DNA of 64,000 nt from Hyphomicrobiales bacterium (GTDB lineage Bacteria; Pseudomonadota; Alphaproteobacteria; Rhizobiales; MH13). Location of the stretch: assembly GCA_040219355.1 (NCBI GenBank), contig JAVJSN010000015.1:382708-446707 (forward strand), written 5' to 3'. The translations under genes and the position numbers were made by a program. The first letter of the stretch is position 1; every line of letters starts with the position of its first letter. Under the pieces are notes generated by a model. It did not search any database. It was given only the letters and a program-made list of their open reading frames with translations, and had not been told where the DNA came from. Below are positions 31,620-41,314 of the stretch, piece after piece.

Positions 31620-32822
31620 ATGGGTCTGCCACCCTTTCGGGGCAGTTTCACACAGCAGGAACCGATCCCTGATGAGGGGATCGCGGCAGCTGTTGAGGTG
31701 ATGCAGTCCGGGCGATTGCACCGCTACAACGTTTTGGCGGGTGAAGAATCCGAGACGGTCCTGCTGGAGCGTGATTATGCCGCTTGGCAAGGCGCGCGCT
31801 ACTGTCTGGCCGTGGCATCTGGCGGACAGGCGATGCAGATTGCGTTGCGCTCCGCTGGCGTCAAGCCCGGCGACAAAGTGCTCACCAATGCCTTCACGCT
31901 TGCGCCTGTTCCTGGCGCCATCGCCGGAGTCGGCGCCGAGCCGGTGCTTGTCGAAATCACCGAGGATTTGGTCATCGATTTAGATGATCTTCGCGCCAAG
32001 GCCGAGCAGTCAGGCGCTAAGGTGCTGATGCTGTCGAACATGCGCGGTCATCTTTGTGACATGGACGCGTTGGGTGCTTTGACCGAAGCGCTAAACATAA
32101 CCCTGCTAGAAGACTGTGCCCACACGATGGGTGCATCCTGGCGTGGCAAGAAGTCGGGCAATTTCGGGTTGGCCGGTTGTTTCTCCAGCCAGACCTACAA
32201 GCATATCAATTCCGGCGAGGGCGGGCTGATCATCTCCACGGATGAAGCCTTCATGGCACGTGCGACAATTATGTCTGGCTCCTACATGCTGTTTGATCGT
32301 CATGGCGCGGGGCCTGCCGCTGATGTTTACGATGACATCAAGTTGGATACGCCCAACATGTCGGCGCGGATGGACAATCTGCGTGCGGCGATCCTTCGCC
32401 CGCAATTGGCCAAGCTGGATGATGCAATCGCCCGCTGGAACGAGCGTTATCGTGTCGTCGAAGAAGCTCTGTCGCAAAGCAACACCTTCCATTTGCCAAA
32501 GCGGCCAAGCGAGGAGTTTTTTGTAGGCTCGTCGATCCAGTTTTTGATGTCTGGATTGGATGAGGCGGCGGCGCGCGCTTTCCTGCGTGACACGCGCGAG
32601 CGCGGCATTGATCTGAAATGGTTTGGCGATGCTGACCCGGTCGCCTTCACTTCGGCGCATTCAAGCTGGCGCTATGTACCCCGTCAACATCTGCCGCAAA
32701 CTGATGATGTCTTGGCCAGTCTCTTCGACATGCGCTTGCCGCTGACCTTCTCGCTTGCCGATTGCGAGTTGATTGCCGCCCATATTGTCGAAGCGGCCAA
32801 CGAGCTGGTTGCCAATGCTTGA
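31620..32822 (+). CDS. DegT/DnrJ/EryC1/StrS family PLP-dependent enzyme
   Basis: SGRLHRY, LLEDCAH, SSQTYKHINSGEGG (PLP-binding Lys). Confidence 0.88.
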   Translation: MGLPPFRGSFTQQEPIPDEGIAAAVEVMQSGRLHRYNVLAGEESETVLLERDYAAWQGARYCLAVASGGQAMQIALRSAGVKPGDKVLTNAFTLAPVPGAIAGVGAEPVLVEITEDLVIDLDDLRAKAEQSGAKVLMLSNMRGHLCDMDALGALTEALNITLLEDCAHTMGASWRGKKSGNFGLAGCFSSQTYKHINSGEGGLIISTDEAFMARATIMSGSYMLFDRHGAGPAADVYDDIKLDTPNMSARMDNLRAAILRPQLAKLDDAIARWNERYRVVEEALSQSNTFHLPKRPSEEFFVGSSIQFLMSGLDEAAARAFLRDTRERGIDLKWFGDADPVAFTSAHSSWRYVPRQHLPQTDDVLASLFDMRLPLTFSLADCELIAAHIVEAANELVANA

Positions 32823-33615
32823 GCGGAGCGCCCTTCGACCGGTTGGTGTTTTGGGCGGTATGGGGCCTGAGGCGACGCTTTTGTTCATGCAGCGGGTGCT
32901 CGCGGCTGTGCCGGCTCGCGATGACGCCGACCACATTCCTTTGCTCGTTGATCAGAATCCGCAGGTCCCCTCGCGCATTGGGGCCTTGATTGAAGGCACC
33001 GGGGAAGATCCGTCGCCTGCGCTTTCGACCATGGCACGGCGCCTTGAAGTGGCAGGCGCGCAAGCGCTGGTCATGCCCTGTAACACTGCTCATGCCTACG
33101 CGCCCGCCATTCGAGCCGCTGTGACCATCCCGTTCCTTTCGATGGTGGATGTGACCGCCCAAACTATCGCCGCGCACTATCCCGGCGCAAAAGTCGGCAT
33201 GCTGGCGTCTCCTGCCGTAAAGCTAACTGGCGTGTTCGAACCGGCCTTCAAAGCGGCGGGTCTCTCACCGCTCTACGCGGACGATCAGGGCGGCCTGCTG
33301 CAAGCCATTCGATGCTTGAAGCAAGATGGCGCAGATGTTGGCGCGCGAAAAACTGCGGTCCTAGCCGCCAACGCACTGCGCGCCTCGGGCGCCGACATCG
33401 TGCTTGTCGGATGCAGCGAGTTCTCAATGCTCACCCAAGATATCGCGGCGGAGATGCCGTTGATCGACAGCTTGGATGTGCTCGTCTCGGCAACCGTGAC
33501 GTTTTCTCAACTCGGGGACAGTGCCGCAGGCGTCTGCCCCACAGCCGTGCATAGACCGGGTGCGGCTTCTTCCAAAAACCATTCCGGTCAGACAACAAGG
33601 GAAGCAGTAGTATGA
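32815..33615 (+). CDS. Aspartate/glutamate racemase family protein (candidate cysteate racemase, CuyB-like)
   Basis: GVLGGMGPEAT; both catalytic Cys are present (MPCNTAH, VGCSEF). The start overlaps the upstream gene. Confidence 0.88.
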   Translation: MLERSALRPVGVLGGMGPEATLLFMQRVLAAVPARDDADHIPLLVDQNPQVPSRIGALIEGTGEDPSPALSTMARRLEVAGAQALVMPCNTAHAYAPAIRAAVTIPFLSMVDVTAQTIAAHYPGAKVGMLASPAVKLTGVFEPAFKAAGLSPLYADDQGGLLQAIRCLKQDGADVGARKTAVLAANALRASGADIVLVGCSEFSMLTQDIAAEMPLIDSLDVLVSATVTFSQLGDSAAGVCPTAVHRPGAASSKNHSGQTTREAVV

Positions 33616-34574
33616 TGAAATCCGTGTCCAAAACGGCACTTGCGACCGGCGTATGTGCGCTTGCAGCCGTTTCCACAGGCCAGGCAGCAGACCTGGTTCT
33701 CGGCGTGCCAAATTGGCCGGCGGCCAACGCGACGGCGAACATTCTTAAAGTGGTTATCGAGGAAAATTTTGGCCTTGATGTTGAGCTTCAAAACGGCACC
33801 AATCCAATCATCTTCGAGGCGATGGACGCCGGGTCGATGCACCTACACCCAGAGGTTTGGATGCCGAACCAGCAAAATCTGCACGATCAGTATGTGCAGG
33901 AAAATCAATCGGTTGTTATGAACAACAACCCCGTTCAGGCTGTTCAGGGCATGTGCGTTCCAACGTATATCGCCGAGCAGTACGATATAACCAGCATTGA
34001 GGATCTGACCGATCCGGAAAAGATGGCGATCTTCGACTTCGATGGCAATGGAACGCCGGAAGTTTGGATTGGGGCACCAGGTTGGGCTTCCACAGCGATC
34101 GAGCGCATTCGCGCGCGCTCCTATGGCTACGATGAAGTGATGGACCTCCAGGAATATGATGGCTCAGTCGCTTGGGGCGCGCTGGGAAGCGCGGTTGCCG
34201 CCGAAGAGCCATGGATTGGCTTTTGCTACGACCCGCACTTCATCTTCGTGGCCTATGACCTGACTATCCTAGATGAACCACCCCATGATCCGGACACTTG
34301 GACGATCATTCAGCCGACAGATGATCCGGCTTGGCTTGAAAAGTCAGAGGCATCGACTGCTTGGAACGGCGCCACGCTGCATTTGCACTATGCAGCCAGC
34401 GTTCGGGATGATTTCCCCGAAGTCGCAGCGATGTTCGATGCCTACCAGATGCCATCGGCAGCTCTGAGCGAAATGGGCTACGCGCTGAGCGTGCAGGGCG
34501 AAGATGCAGCTGATTTCGCCCGTCGCTGGGTTGATGAGAATGAAGACGTCGTTCTTGGTTGGCTGACCAACTAG
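33612..34574 (+). CDS. Glycine betaine/proline-type (ProX/OpuAC) ABC substrate-binding protein
   Basis: Signal peptide, GVPNW, HPEVWMPNQ, GAPGW, CYDPH. Confidence 0.85.
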   Translation: MMKSVSKTALATGVCALAAVSTGQAADLVLGVPNWPAANATANILKVVIEENFGLDVELQNGTNPIIFEAMDAGSMHLHPEVWMPNQQNLHDQYVQENQSVVMNNNPVQAVQGMCVPTYIAEQYDITSIEDLTDPEKMAIFDFDGNGTPEVWIGAPGWASTAIERIRARSYGYDEVMDLQEYDGSVAWGALGSAVAAEEPWIGFCYDPHFIFVAYDLTILDEPPHDPDTWTIIQPTDDPAWLEKSEASTAWNGATLHLHYAASVRDDFPEVAAMFDAYQMPSAALSEMGYALSVQGEDAADFARRWVDENEDVVLGWLTN

Positions 34575-34582
34575 CTCCCTCC

Positions 34583-34608
34583 CGGGTGGCCGCTTTTGTG
34601 GCCACTCG
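34583..34608 (+). terminator. Intercistronic hairpin after the SBP gene
   Basis: CGGGTGGCCGC-TTTT-GTGGCCACTCG, an 11-bp stem with two G-U pairs. Confidence 0.5.
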
Positions 34609-34657
34609 TCTCCCCCCATTTTTTGACCCTTCAATCGTAGCGTGGAAGTGAAGCGCC

Positions 34658-35707
34658 GTGGATGTGAATCCCAAGCCGGAAGCCGTGGTTGAACTCTCGA
34701 ATGTGTGGAAGGTGTTCGGTGAACGCGCCTCACAGACAGTGGAGGCCGCAAAGACAACCGGGCTCACCAAAGCGCAAGCGCTGGAGAAATTCGCCACTGT
34801 TATCGGCGTGCGTGATGCAAGTTTTTCGGTCGCGCGCGGCGAGATATTTTGCATCATGGGTTTATCTGGGTCGGGAAAGTCGACCCTGGTGCGCCATGTC
34901 AACCGGCTGATTGAGCCGACTGCCGGCACGATCAAAGTGCTCGGCGAAGATGTCAGCGCCATGGGCACGAAGGATTTGCGCGCTATGCGCTCGCGTCATA
35001 TCGGCATGGTGTTTCAGCATATGGCGCTGATGCCGCATCGTTCGGTGCGTGAAAACGTTGCTTATCCACTCGAGATTCGCGGCGTTCCCAAATCGCAGCG
35101 TTGGGCCGTGTCTGATCACACGCTGGGGCTGGTCGATCTGCAAGGTTATGAGGACAGGCTGCCGCGCGAACTTTCTGGCGGCATGCAGCAGCGCGTCGGT
35201 ATTGCGCGGGCGTTGGCCTCTGATCCTGAAATTCTTCTCATGGACGAACCATTCTCCGCGCTTGACCCATTGATACGGCTGCAGCTGCAAGATCAGTTTA
35301 GAGCGCTTGTTTCTGAACTGAAAAAGACGACCCTGTTCATCACCCATGATCTGGATGAAGCGATCCGCATCGGTCATCGCATCGCAATTATGAAAGATGG
35401 GGTGATCGTCCAGATTGGTACGCCGGAAGACATCGTGACCAATCCAGCGGACGATTATGTTCGCGAGTTTGTTCAGGGCATCTCGCGGCTTAAGCTTGTG
35501 AAGGCGCACTCTATTATGCAGCCACTCAACGGTTATGACCGCTCAGCCCTTGTTGATGCCAAGCGAGCCTCTCACGACACAGACCTTGATACGCTCATAG
35601 ACATGTCGGTCGACAGTGATGCTCCGGTGGTGGTCACTGAAGGCGGTAACGAGGTTGGTTACATTTCCAAGGCCACGCTGTTGCGTGGCATCCAAGGCGG
35701 ACGATAG
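34658..35707 (+). CDS. ProV/OpuAA-type ABC ATP-binding protein
   Basis: [39 protein letters not shown]. Confidence 0.92.
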   Translation: MDVNPKPEAVVELSNVWKVFGERASQTVEAAKTTGLTKAQALEKFATVIGVRDASFSVARGEIFCIMGLSGSGKSTLVRHVNRLIEPTAGTIKVLGEDVSAMGTKDLRAMRSRHIGMVFQHMALMPHRSVRENVAYPLEIRGVPKSQRWAVSDHTLGLVDLQGYEDRLPRELSGGMQQRVGIARALASDPEILLMDEPFSALDPLIRLQLQDQFRALVSELKKTTLFITHDLDEAIRIGHRIAIMKDGVIVQIGTPEDIVTNPADDYVREFVQGISRLKLVKAHSIMQPLNGYDRSALVDAKRASHDTDLDTLIDMSVDSDAPVVVTEGGNEVGYISKATLLRGIQGGR

Positions 35708-35716
35708 GGGGCGAAC

Positions 35717-37300
35717 ATGACCGATCAAACCGTTCAGGATGATTTACTGCCTCGGAATGTACTGAAGGCCTCCGCTGTCGCCAATGTCCAGGTCGACCGA
35801 GCAGCACTCGATCAGTCCATCGCCGCGTTCGTTGAGCGCAATCCAAGCTATTATCAGCGCGTCTTTCACACGATTCACGACACGACATCGGGCATCCCGC
35901 TCACGTTCAATGCAGCCGCCGCTTTGCTCGGCCCACTTTGGGCCGCGGCACGTGGTGTCTGGGGTATGTTTTGGGGGTTTTTGATCCTGGAGATCATCGC
36001 CTGGGTGCAAATCGGGCGTGGCACTTGGGGCGAGTTGGGCGCTGCCGACCTGCAGCAGGCCATCCGCCAAGAAACGCGAGCACAAGAGTTTCTTGATCGT
36101 GCCGCCGCAGCTATTGCCGCCGGCGAGGACGGCTCGCGGTTCGAGACGCTTGGCGATAACTTGATGCGAGCAGCCGAGCGCAGTCGCGCCGCCGCTGATG
36201 CGGCCGCCGCCGACGCCATGATGATCCTGCTGACCGGTATCGTGCTGCTCATTGCCATCCGTGTCGTACAGGGCGTGTGGAGTAACATTGCCTATGAGAA
36301 GCAGTACTCAGCTTGGCGCGTGACGCCGGACAAGGTGGCTTCAGGCGTCAGCATGGTATCGGCTGGGTTTGGCGCGCTGTTGCTGATCGCGGTGATGCCG
36401 CTGACCGTCTATCGCTTCACCGTGGAAAACGTGCCGGAATTCCTGCTCGCTTTCCCGGCAACGCCTGACCATTACACCGACACGGCCCGTTGGCTCGAAG
36501 GCCAAATCGATGCGGCAGCAACGGCTGGCTCAGGTACCTTTGATGGCATCGTGCTGGCTGTACGCACTGTGCTCGACACAGTGTCGCTGGCATTGATGGG
36601 AACCCCTTGGCCGGTGGTCATGATCGTGATCTGCGTCGTAGCCTGGCGGTCTGCTGGCCCGCGCGTAGCGATCTTCACTGCGGCAGCACTCGCCTACATC
36701 GCCTTCCTTGGCTATTGGGAAATAGCGATGGAAACGGTGGCTTTGGTCGGCGCAGCGGTGGTTCTCTGCGTGCTTGCCGGCATTCCGCTGGGCATTTGGT
36801 TTGGCAAGTCTATTCGGGCCTACAAATTCGCCGAGCCTGTGCTCGATCTGATGCAAACGCTTCCCGCTTTCGTCTATTTAATTCCCATCATTGCCTTTTT
36901 TGGGACAGGCAATCCTCCTGGTATTCTTGCCACCATCATCTTTGGTATGCCGCCTGTTATCCGACTGACGGCGCTCGGCATTCGCGGCGTGCCGGAAAGC
37001 ATCAAAGAGGCAGCGTCTGCTTTTGGTGCCTCGCGTCGACAGATTCTGCGGGATGTGGAAATACCGCTGGCATTGCCATCCATCATGACTGGGGTGAACC
37101 AAACCATCCTGATGTGTCTGTCGATGGTCGTGATCATCTCCCTGATCGGTGGCGGTGGACTTGGCCAGGTCATCCTTGAAGCTCTGCAGTTTGCAGCCAA
37201 AGGACCCGGCCTTCTCGGCGGCTTTGCCATTCTTTTTGTTGCCATGGTCATTGACCGCATCGTGCAGGGCGCGTTCCGTCGCGCTGACCTTAAGACCTAG
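35717..37300 (+). CDS. ProW-type ABC permease with a long N-terminal extension
   Basis: The C-terminal half has LDLMQTLPAFVYLIP, RLTALGIRGV, EAASAFGAS, GVNQTI. About 250 extra residues sit at the N-terminus. Confidence 0.88.
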   Translation: MTDQTVQDDLLPRNVLKASAVANVQVDRAALDQSIAAFVERNPSYYQRVFHTIHDTTSGIPLTFNAAAALLGPLWAAARGVWGMFWGFLILEIIAWVQIGRGTWGELGAADLQQAIRQETRAQEFLDRAAAAIAAGEDGSRFETLGDNLMRAAERSRAAADAAAADAMMILLTGIVLLIAIRVVQGVWSNIAYEKQYSAWRVTPDKVASGVSMVSAGFGALLLIAVMPLTVYRFTVENVPEFLLAFPATPDHYTDTARWLEGQIDAAATAGSGTFDGIVLAVRTVLDTVSLALMGTPWPVVMIVICVVAWRSAGPRVAIFTAAALAYIAFLGYWEIAMETVALVGAAVVLCVLAGIPLGIWFGKSIRAYKFAEPVLDLMQTLPAFVYLIPIIAFFGTGNPPGILATIIFGMPPVIRLTALGIRGVPESIKEAASAFGASRRQILRDVEIPLALPSIMTGVNQTILMCLSMVVIISLIGGGGLGQVILEALQFAAKGPGLLGGFAILFVAMVIDRIVQGAFRRADLKT

Positions 37301-37308
37301 GACGCTCC

Positions 37309-38616
37309 ATGCCTGCTACCTATTTGAAGACGGCCGTGAAAACGGCTGAGACGGACCAGTCCGACGTACAAAGGACCGTTGCAGAGATGCTGTGCGCCAT
37401 TGAAACTGGCGGCGACCGTGTTGCGGCGGACTATTGCCGGACATTCGATGGTTGGAGTGGCGATATCATTGTCGGTCGTGAGGCGATCGAGGCAGCGATC
37501 GCCAAGGTCCCCGAGCAACTGAAGCAAGACATTCGTTTCGCGCACGACAATATCCGCCGGTTTGCTGAGGCTCAGCGCGCAACGATCCAGGAGTGTCAGA
37601 TCGACGTCATCCCTGGATTGACAGCCGGCCAGAAACAAATCCCGGTTTCGGCCGCTGGGTGTTATGTGCCGGGCGGGCGCTACAGCCACATTGCTTCGGC
37701 GATCATGACGATTACAACCGCCAAGGTGGCCGGTGTGCCGCATATCGCTGCTTGTTCGCCGCCAAAACCCGGCGAGGGCATTCCCGCGGCTATTTTGTTT
37801 ACGATGGATTTGTGCGGCGCCGATGTCATCCTGAATATGGGTGGGGTTCAGGGTATCGCCGCAATGGCCTACGGCCTTTTTGGCCTACCGAAAGCCGATA
37901 TTTTGGTCGGCCCAGGAAACCAGTTCGTCGCTGAGGCCAAGCGTTTGCTTTTCGGACAGGTTGGGATCGATATGTTCGCCGGTCCAACGGACTCCATGGT
38001 GATCGCAGACAAGCACGCCGACCCAGAGGTCGTCGCTTGGGATTTGGTGGGGCAGGCTGAGCATGGCTATAACTCGCCGGTTTGGCTTGTAACCGACAGC
38101 CGATCGATTGCTGATCGCGTGAGCAACCTCGTGCCGGAACTGATTGCCCAGTTGCCGGACCTCAACGGCAAGAACGCCAAGGCAGCTTGGCACAATTATG
38201 CCGAGATCATCCTTTGTGCAAATCGCGAAGAAATGGCGCAAACCGCTGATCGCTATGCTCCCGAACATCTGCATGTGCAGGCAGAGGGTTTGGATTGGTG
38301 GTTGGGCCGTCTCTCCAGTTACGGCTCTTTGTTCCTTGGCGAAGAAACAACGGTGGCCTTTGGCGACAAGGCCGCCGGCCCTAACCACGTGCTGCCGACG
38401 TCTGGCGCTGCGCGTTACACAGGTGGGTTGTCGGTGCACAAATTTATGAAGACAGTGACGTGGCAGCGCGCCACCCGCGAGGGTGCAAGGCCGGTTGCCG
38501 AAGCGACGGCGCGCATCTCACGCCTTGAAGGCATGGAGGGGCATGCTAAGACGGCAGACATTCGTCTTGAGAAATATTTTCCTCAAGAGACGTTCGATCT
38601 TCGCGTGACCAGCTAG
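37309..38616 (+). CDS. hpsN: HpsN-like NAD-dependent sulfonate-alcohol dehydrogenase (histidinol dehydrogenase family)
   Basis: CYVPGGRYSHIASA, GPGNQFVAEAKR, AGPTDS, QAEHGYNSP, APEHL, GDKAAGPNHVLPT, LEGMEGHA. These are HpsN-type rather than HisD-type variants. Confidence 0.75.
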   Translation: MPATYLKTAVKTAETDQSDVQRTVAEMLCAIETGGDRVAADYCRTFDGWSGDIIVGREAIEAAIAKVPEQLKQDIRFAHDNIRRFAEAQRATIQECQIDVIPGLTAGQKQIPVSAAGCYVPGGRYSHIASAIMTITTAKVAGVPHIAACSPPKPGEGIPAAILFTMDLCGADVILNMGGVQGIAAMAYGLFGLPKADILVGPGNQFVAEAKRLLFGQVGIDMFAGPTDSMVIADKHADPEVVAWDLVGQAEHGYNSPVWLVTDSRSIADRVSNLVPELIAQLPDLNGKNAKAAWHNYAEIILCANREEMAQTADRYAPEHLHVQAEGLDWWLGRLSSYGSLFLGEETTVAFGDKAAGPNHVLPTSGAARYTGGLSVHKFMKTVTWQRATREGARPVAEATARISRLEGMEGHAKTADIRLEKYFPQETFDLRVTS

Positions 38617-38631
38617 TCTGGGGGCTAACCC

Positions 38632-39612
38632 TTGTTTTCTATCTTCAAACCGCTCGCGGGCGGCTATAGCGGTCTTGCTTTGGCCGTTACAATTGCCCTG
38701 TGCGCCGGGTTTTTGTCGGAGCATTACGGCGCGCCAGTCATGCTGTTTGCCTTGTTGGTGGGCATGGCGTTCAATTTCCTAGCCGATCATCCCAAATGCG
38801 CAGGCGGAATCACGTTTGCCTCAAAATCTCTGCTTCGCATGGGCGTTGCGCTGCTCGGTTTTCGGCTCAGCCTAAGCGACGTCACAGCGCAGGGTTGGGA
38901 GCCGGTGGCGGTGATTATCGCGCTGGTTGCTCTAACGCTCGCCAGCGGCGCTCTGCTGGCGCCTCTGTTTAAGCGAAAAATTGCTTTTGGTATCTTGACC
39001 GGTGGTGCAACGGCTATCTGCGGTGCATCGGCGGCGCTGGCTATTTCTGCCGTCATGCCAAAGCGCGACAATCTTGAGCGCGACACGCTGTTCACTGTCG
39101 TCGCCGTAACAACGCTGAGCACCGTAGCTATGGTGCTTTACCCGCTGCTGTTCTCGGTGCTTGGCTTCAACGACGAGCAGTCCGGATTTTTAATTGGCGC
39201 GACGATCCACGATGTGGCGCAGGTTGTCGGTGCTGGGTTTTCGATCAGTGATGAAGCTGGCAATGTCGCCACGCTCACCAAGTTGCAGCGGGTTTTGCTG
39301 CTCCCGGTTGTTATCCTGGCTATTTTAATTGCCACGCGCAAAAGCGACGGTGAGCGCGTGGGTATTCCGCTGTTCGTGATCGCCTTCATCGTTTTCATGT
39401 TGATCAACTCAACCGGTTTATTGCCGGTAGCGGTCGTCGCTTTTTTTGTCGAAGCAAGCCGTTGGATGCTGATCATTGCCATCGCCGCGTTGGGTGTGAA
39501 GACGTCCCTTGGTGCCATGGTCAATCTTGGCGGCAATCACATTGCGTTGGTTGTTGCTCAGACTGTTTTCCTGCTTGTCGCTGCTATTGCGGCCAAGCTT
39601 CTTTTTCTTTGA
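38632..39612 (+). CDS. YeiH/UPF0324 family membrane protein (putative sulfate/sulfite exporter)
   Basis: LLRMGVALLG, ICGASAALA, GATIHDVAQVV, ATLTKLQR, KTSL. TTG start. Confidence 0.88.
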   Translation: MFSIFKPLAGGYSGLALAVTIALCAGFLSEHYGAPVMLFALLVGMAFNFLADHPKCAGGITFASKSLLRMGVALLGFRLSLSDVTAQGWEPVAVIIALVALTLASGALLAPLFKRKIAFGILTGGATAICGASAALAISAVMPKRDNLERDTLFTVVAVTTLSTVAMVLYPLLFSVLGFNDEQSGFLIGATIHDVAQVVGAGFSISDEAGNVATLTKLQRVLLLPVVILAILIATRKSDGERVGIPLFVIAFIVFMLINSTGLLPVAVVAFFVEASRWMLIIAIAALGVKTSLGAMVNLGGNHIALVVAQTVFLLVAAIAAKLLFL

Positions 39613-39637
39613 CCCATCCTGAAATGGAGACACATGT

Positions 39638-40015
39638 ATGCCCGTAACCACTTTGATCGCTGATGGCGCTCCGCCAGCCGTTGGCCCTTACAGCCACGCA
39701 GCAAAGGCTGGCGACACGCTGTATATCTCCGGATGTTTGGCGCTTGATGAAACCGGCACGTTCTTAGGTGGTGATGCAGCTGCACAGGCACGCCAAGCGT
39801 TGAGCAATCTTGGCAAAGTGCTGGCCGCTGATGGCCAAGAGCCGCGCAATGTGGCCAAGGCCGTTGTGTTTCTAACCGATATGGCAGATTTCGCCGCCGT
39901 CAACGCCGTCTATACTGAGTTTTTCGGTGACCACAAACCGGCCCGCTCTTGCATTGCGGTTGCGGCGCTGCCGCTTGGGGCAACGGTTGAGATTGAAGCT
40001 GTCGCGGTCAAATAG
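39638..40015 (+). CDS. RidA family enamine/imine deaminase
   Basis: PPAVGPYSHA, YISG, VNAVY, PARSC (catalytic Arg), LPLGATVEIEA. Confidence 0.92.
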   Translation: MPVTTLIADGAPPAVGPYSHAAKAGDTLYISGCLALDETGTFLGGDAAAQARQALSNLGKVLAADGQEPRNVAKAVVFLTDMADFAAVNAVYTEFFGDHKPARSCIAVAALPLGATVEIEAVAVK

Positions 40016-40030
40016 CTGCCGATTGCTTGC

Positions 40031-41314
40031 TTAACTGGCGCGCCAGCACAGGCGTGCCACACCAACACTGGCTTCGGCCTCATTGGCTTGCGTGATCGGC
40101 GTGTTCAACAGCCTTTGGCGTATGGCCGTCCAGACCGGATTTTTGGCCCCACCACCAGCGGTGAAAACTCGCCTGGGGGCAGGCGAGCCAAGCTCCACAA
40201 GGCGGCTATACCCGACTGCCTCAATGCGCGCGATCCCTTCCAACATGCCATGCAGGAACGCCACATCGCCTTGTGGGCGCGGTTCAAGTCGCGGCGCAAG
40301 CTTTGGATCATTGATCGGAAACCGCTCACCGGGCGTGAGAAGCGGATAGTAGTCGAGCTCACTTGGCCTCTCCGGGTCGATCTGGCGGCTCAGCGCCGCC
40401 AATTCATCTCCGGTGAAGAACGAGGCCAACACCCCACCTCCAGTATTGGATGCACCGCCCACCAGCCAGCTGTCGCCAACGCGGTGGCTGTAAACACCGC
40501 TGGATGAGTCGTCGATCCGTTGGTCGCTCAGCAGTTTGATGGCCAGGGTTGTGCCCAAAGACGTTACCGCATCTCCGACTTCGCATGCGCCGGAGGCAAG
40601 AAACGCCGCAATGCTGTCGGTGGTGCCAGCATGCAGCTGAAGGGTGGGCGATAGCCCAAAGCGAGCAGCCATTTGGCTGCCTATTTGGCCAATAGCGGTG
40701 CCCGTTGGATGAACGCTTGGCAGCAAGGGCATGGATACGCCAAGCTCTTCAAACCAGTTCGGCCAAGTGCGGTCAGCGGGATCCCAGCCGAGCTTTAGAG
40801 CGTTATTATCGTCCGAGCCGAGCGATGTGCCTGCTAGCTTCGCGGTTATGAAATCGGCCTGGTGCAAAAGGTGTTTGGCATGGCCATTCTGGTTGAGTGC
40901 CTGCAGACGCAACATGCGCGACAGGGCCGATGAGCTTCCACGCGTGATCGAGGTGGGTTCAGCGAATCGATCAATGCTCTTAGCTTCTGCTGTGAAGCCG
41001 GACGTGTTGTACATCAGTGCTCGCGTGACAGGCGTGAGCTGCTCATCGACTAAGACCATGGATCCTGATGTGCCATCGACAGCAGCGCGAGCGATTTTTT
41101 GAGGGTCTATGCCAATATCTCGCAGCTGTTGAACTTGGGCGTTGAGGGTGCGTGCTACGGCATCCCACCATGCTGATGCGTCCTCGTTCGACGTTGCCAG
41201 ATGGGCGGCTTTTGCTGTGCTGACCACTTTGCCGGAGCTATTGACGACAGCCGTGCGAACGCCGGATGTTCCAACGTCAATGCCAAGTGCAAGATCGGAT
41301 GGTGCGTCGCTCAT
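40031..41314 (-). CDS. FGGY family carbohydrate kinase (D-ribulose kinase-like clade)
   Basis: GIDVGTSGVR, GTTDSIAAFLASG, TSLGTTL, GGASNTGG, AGGGAKN. Confidence 0.9.
   Translation of the reverse strand: MSDAPSDLALGIDVGTSGVRTAVVNSSGKVVSTAKAAHLATSNEDASAWWDAVARTLNAQVQQLRDIGIDPQKIARAAVDGTSGSMVLVDEQLTPVTRALMYNTSGFTAEAKSIDRFAEPTSITRGSSSALSRMLRLQALNQNGHAKHLLHQADFITAKLAGTSLGSDDNNALKLGWDPADRTWPNWFEELGVSMPLLPSVHPTGTAIGQIGSQMAARFGLSPTLQLHAGTTDSIAAFLASGACEVGDAVTSLGTTLAIKLLSDQRIDDSSSGVYSHRVGDSWLVGGASNTGGGVLASFFTGDELAALSRQIDPERPSELDYYPLLTPGERFPINDPKLAPRLEPRPQGDVAFLHGMLEGIARIEAVGYSRLVELGSPAPRRVFTAGGGAKNPVWTAIRQRLLNTPITQANEAEASVGVARLCWRAS

Noticed and set aside
37309-38616. Histidinol dehydrogenase hisD
   Set aside because: No his genes are nearby, the motif variants are HpsN-type (GGRYSHIASA, GDKAAG, LEGMEGH), and the context is sulfonate catabolism.
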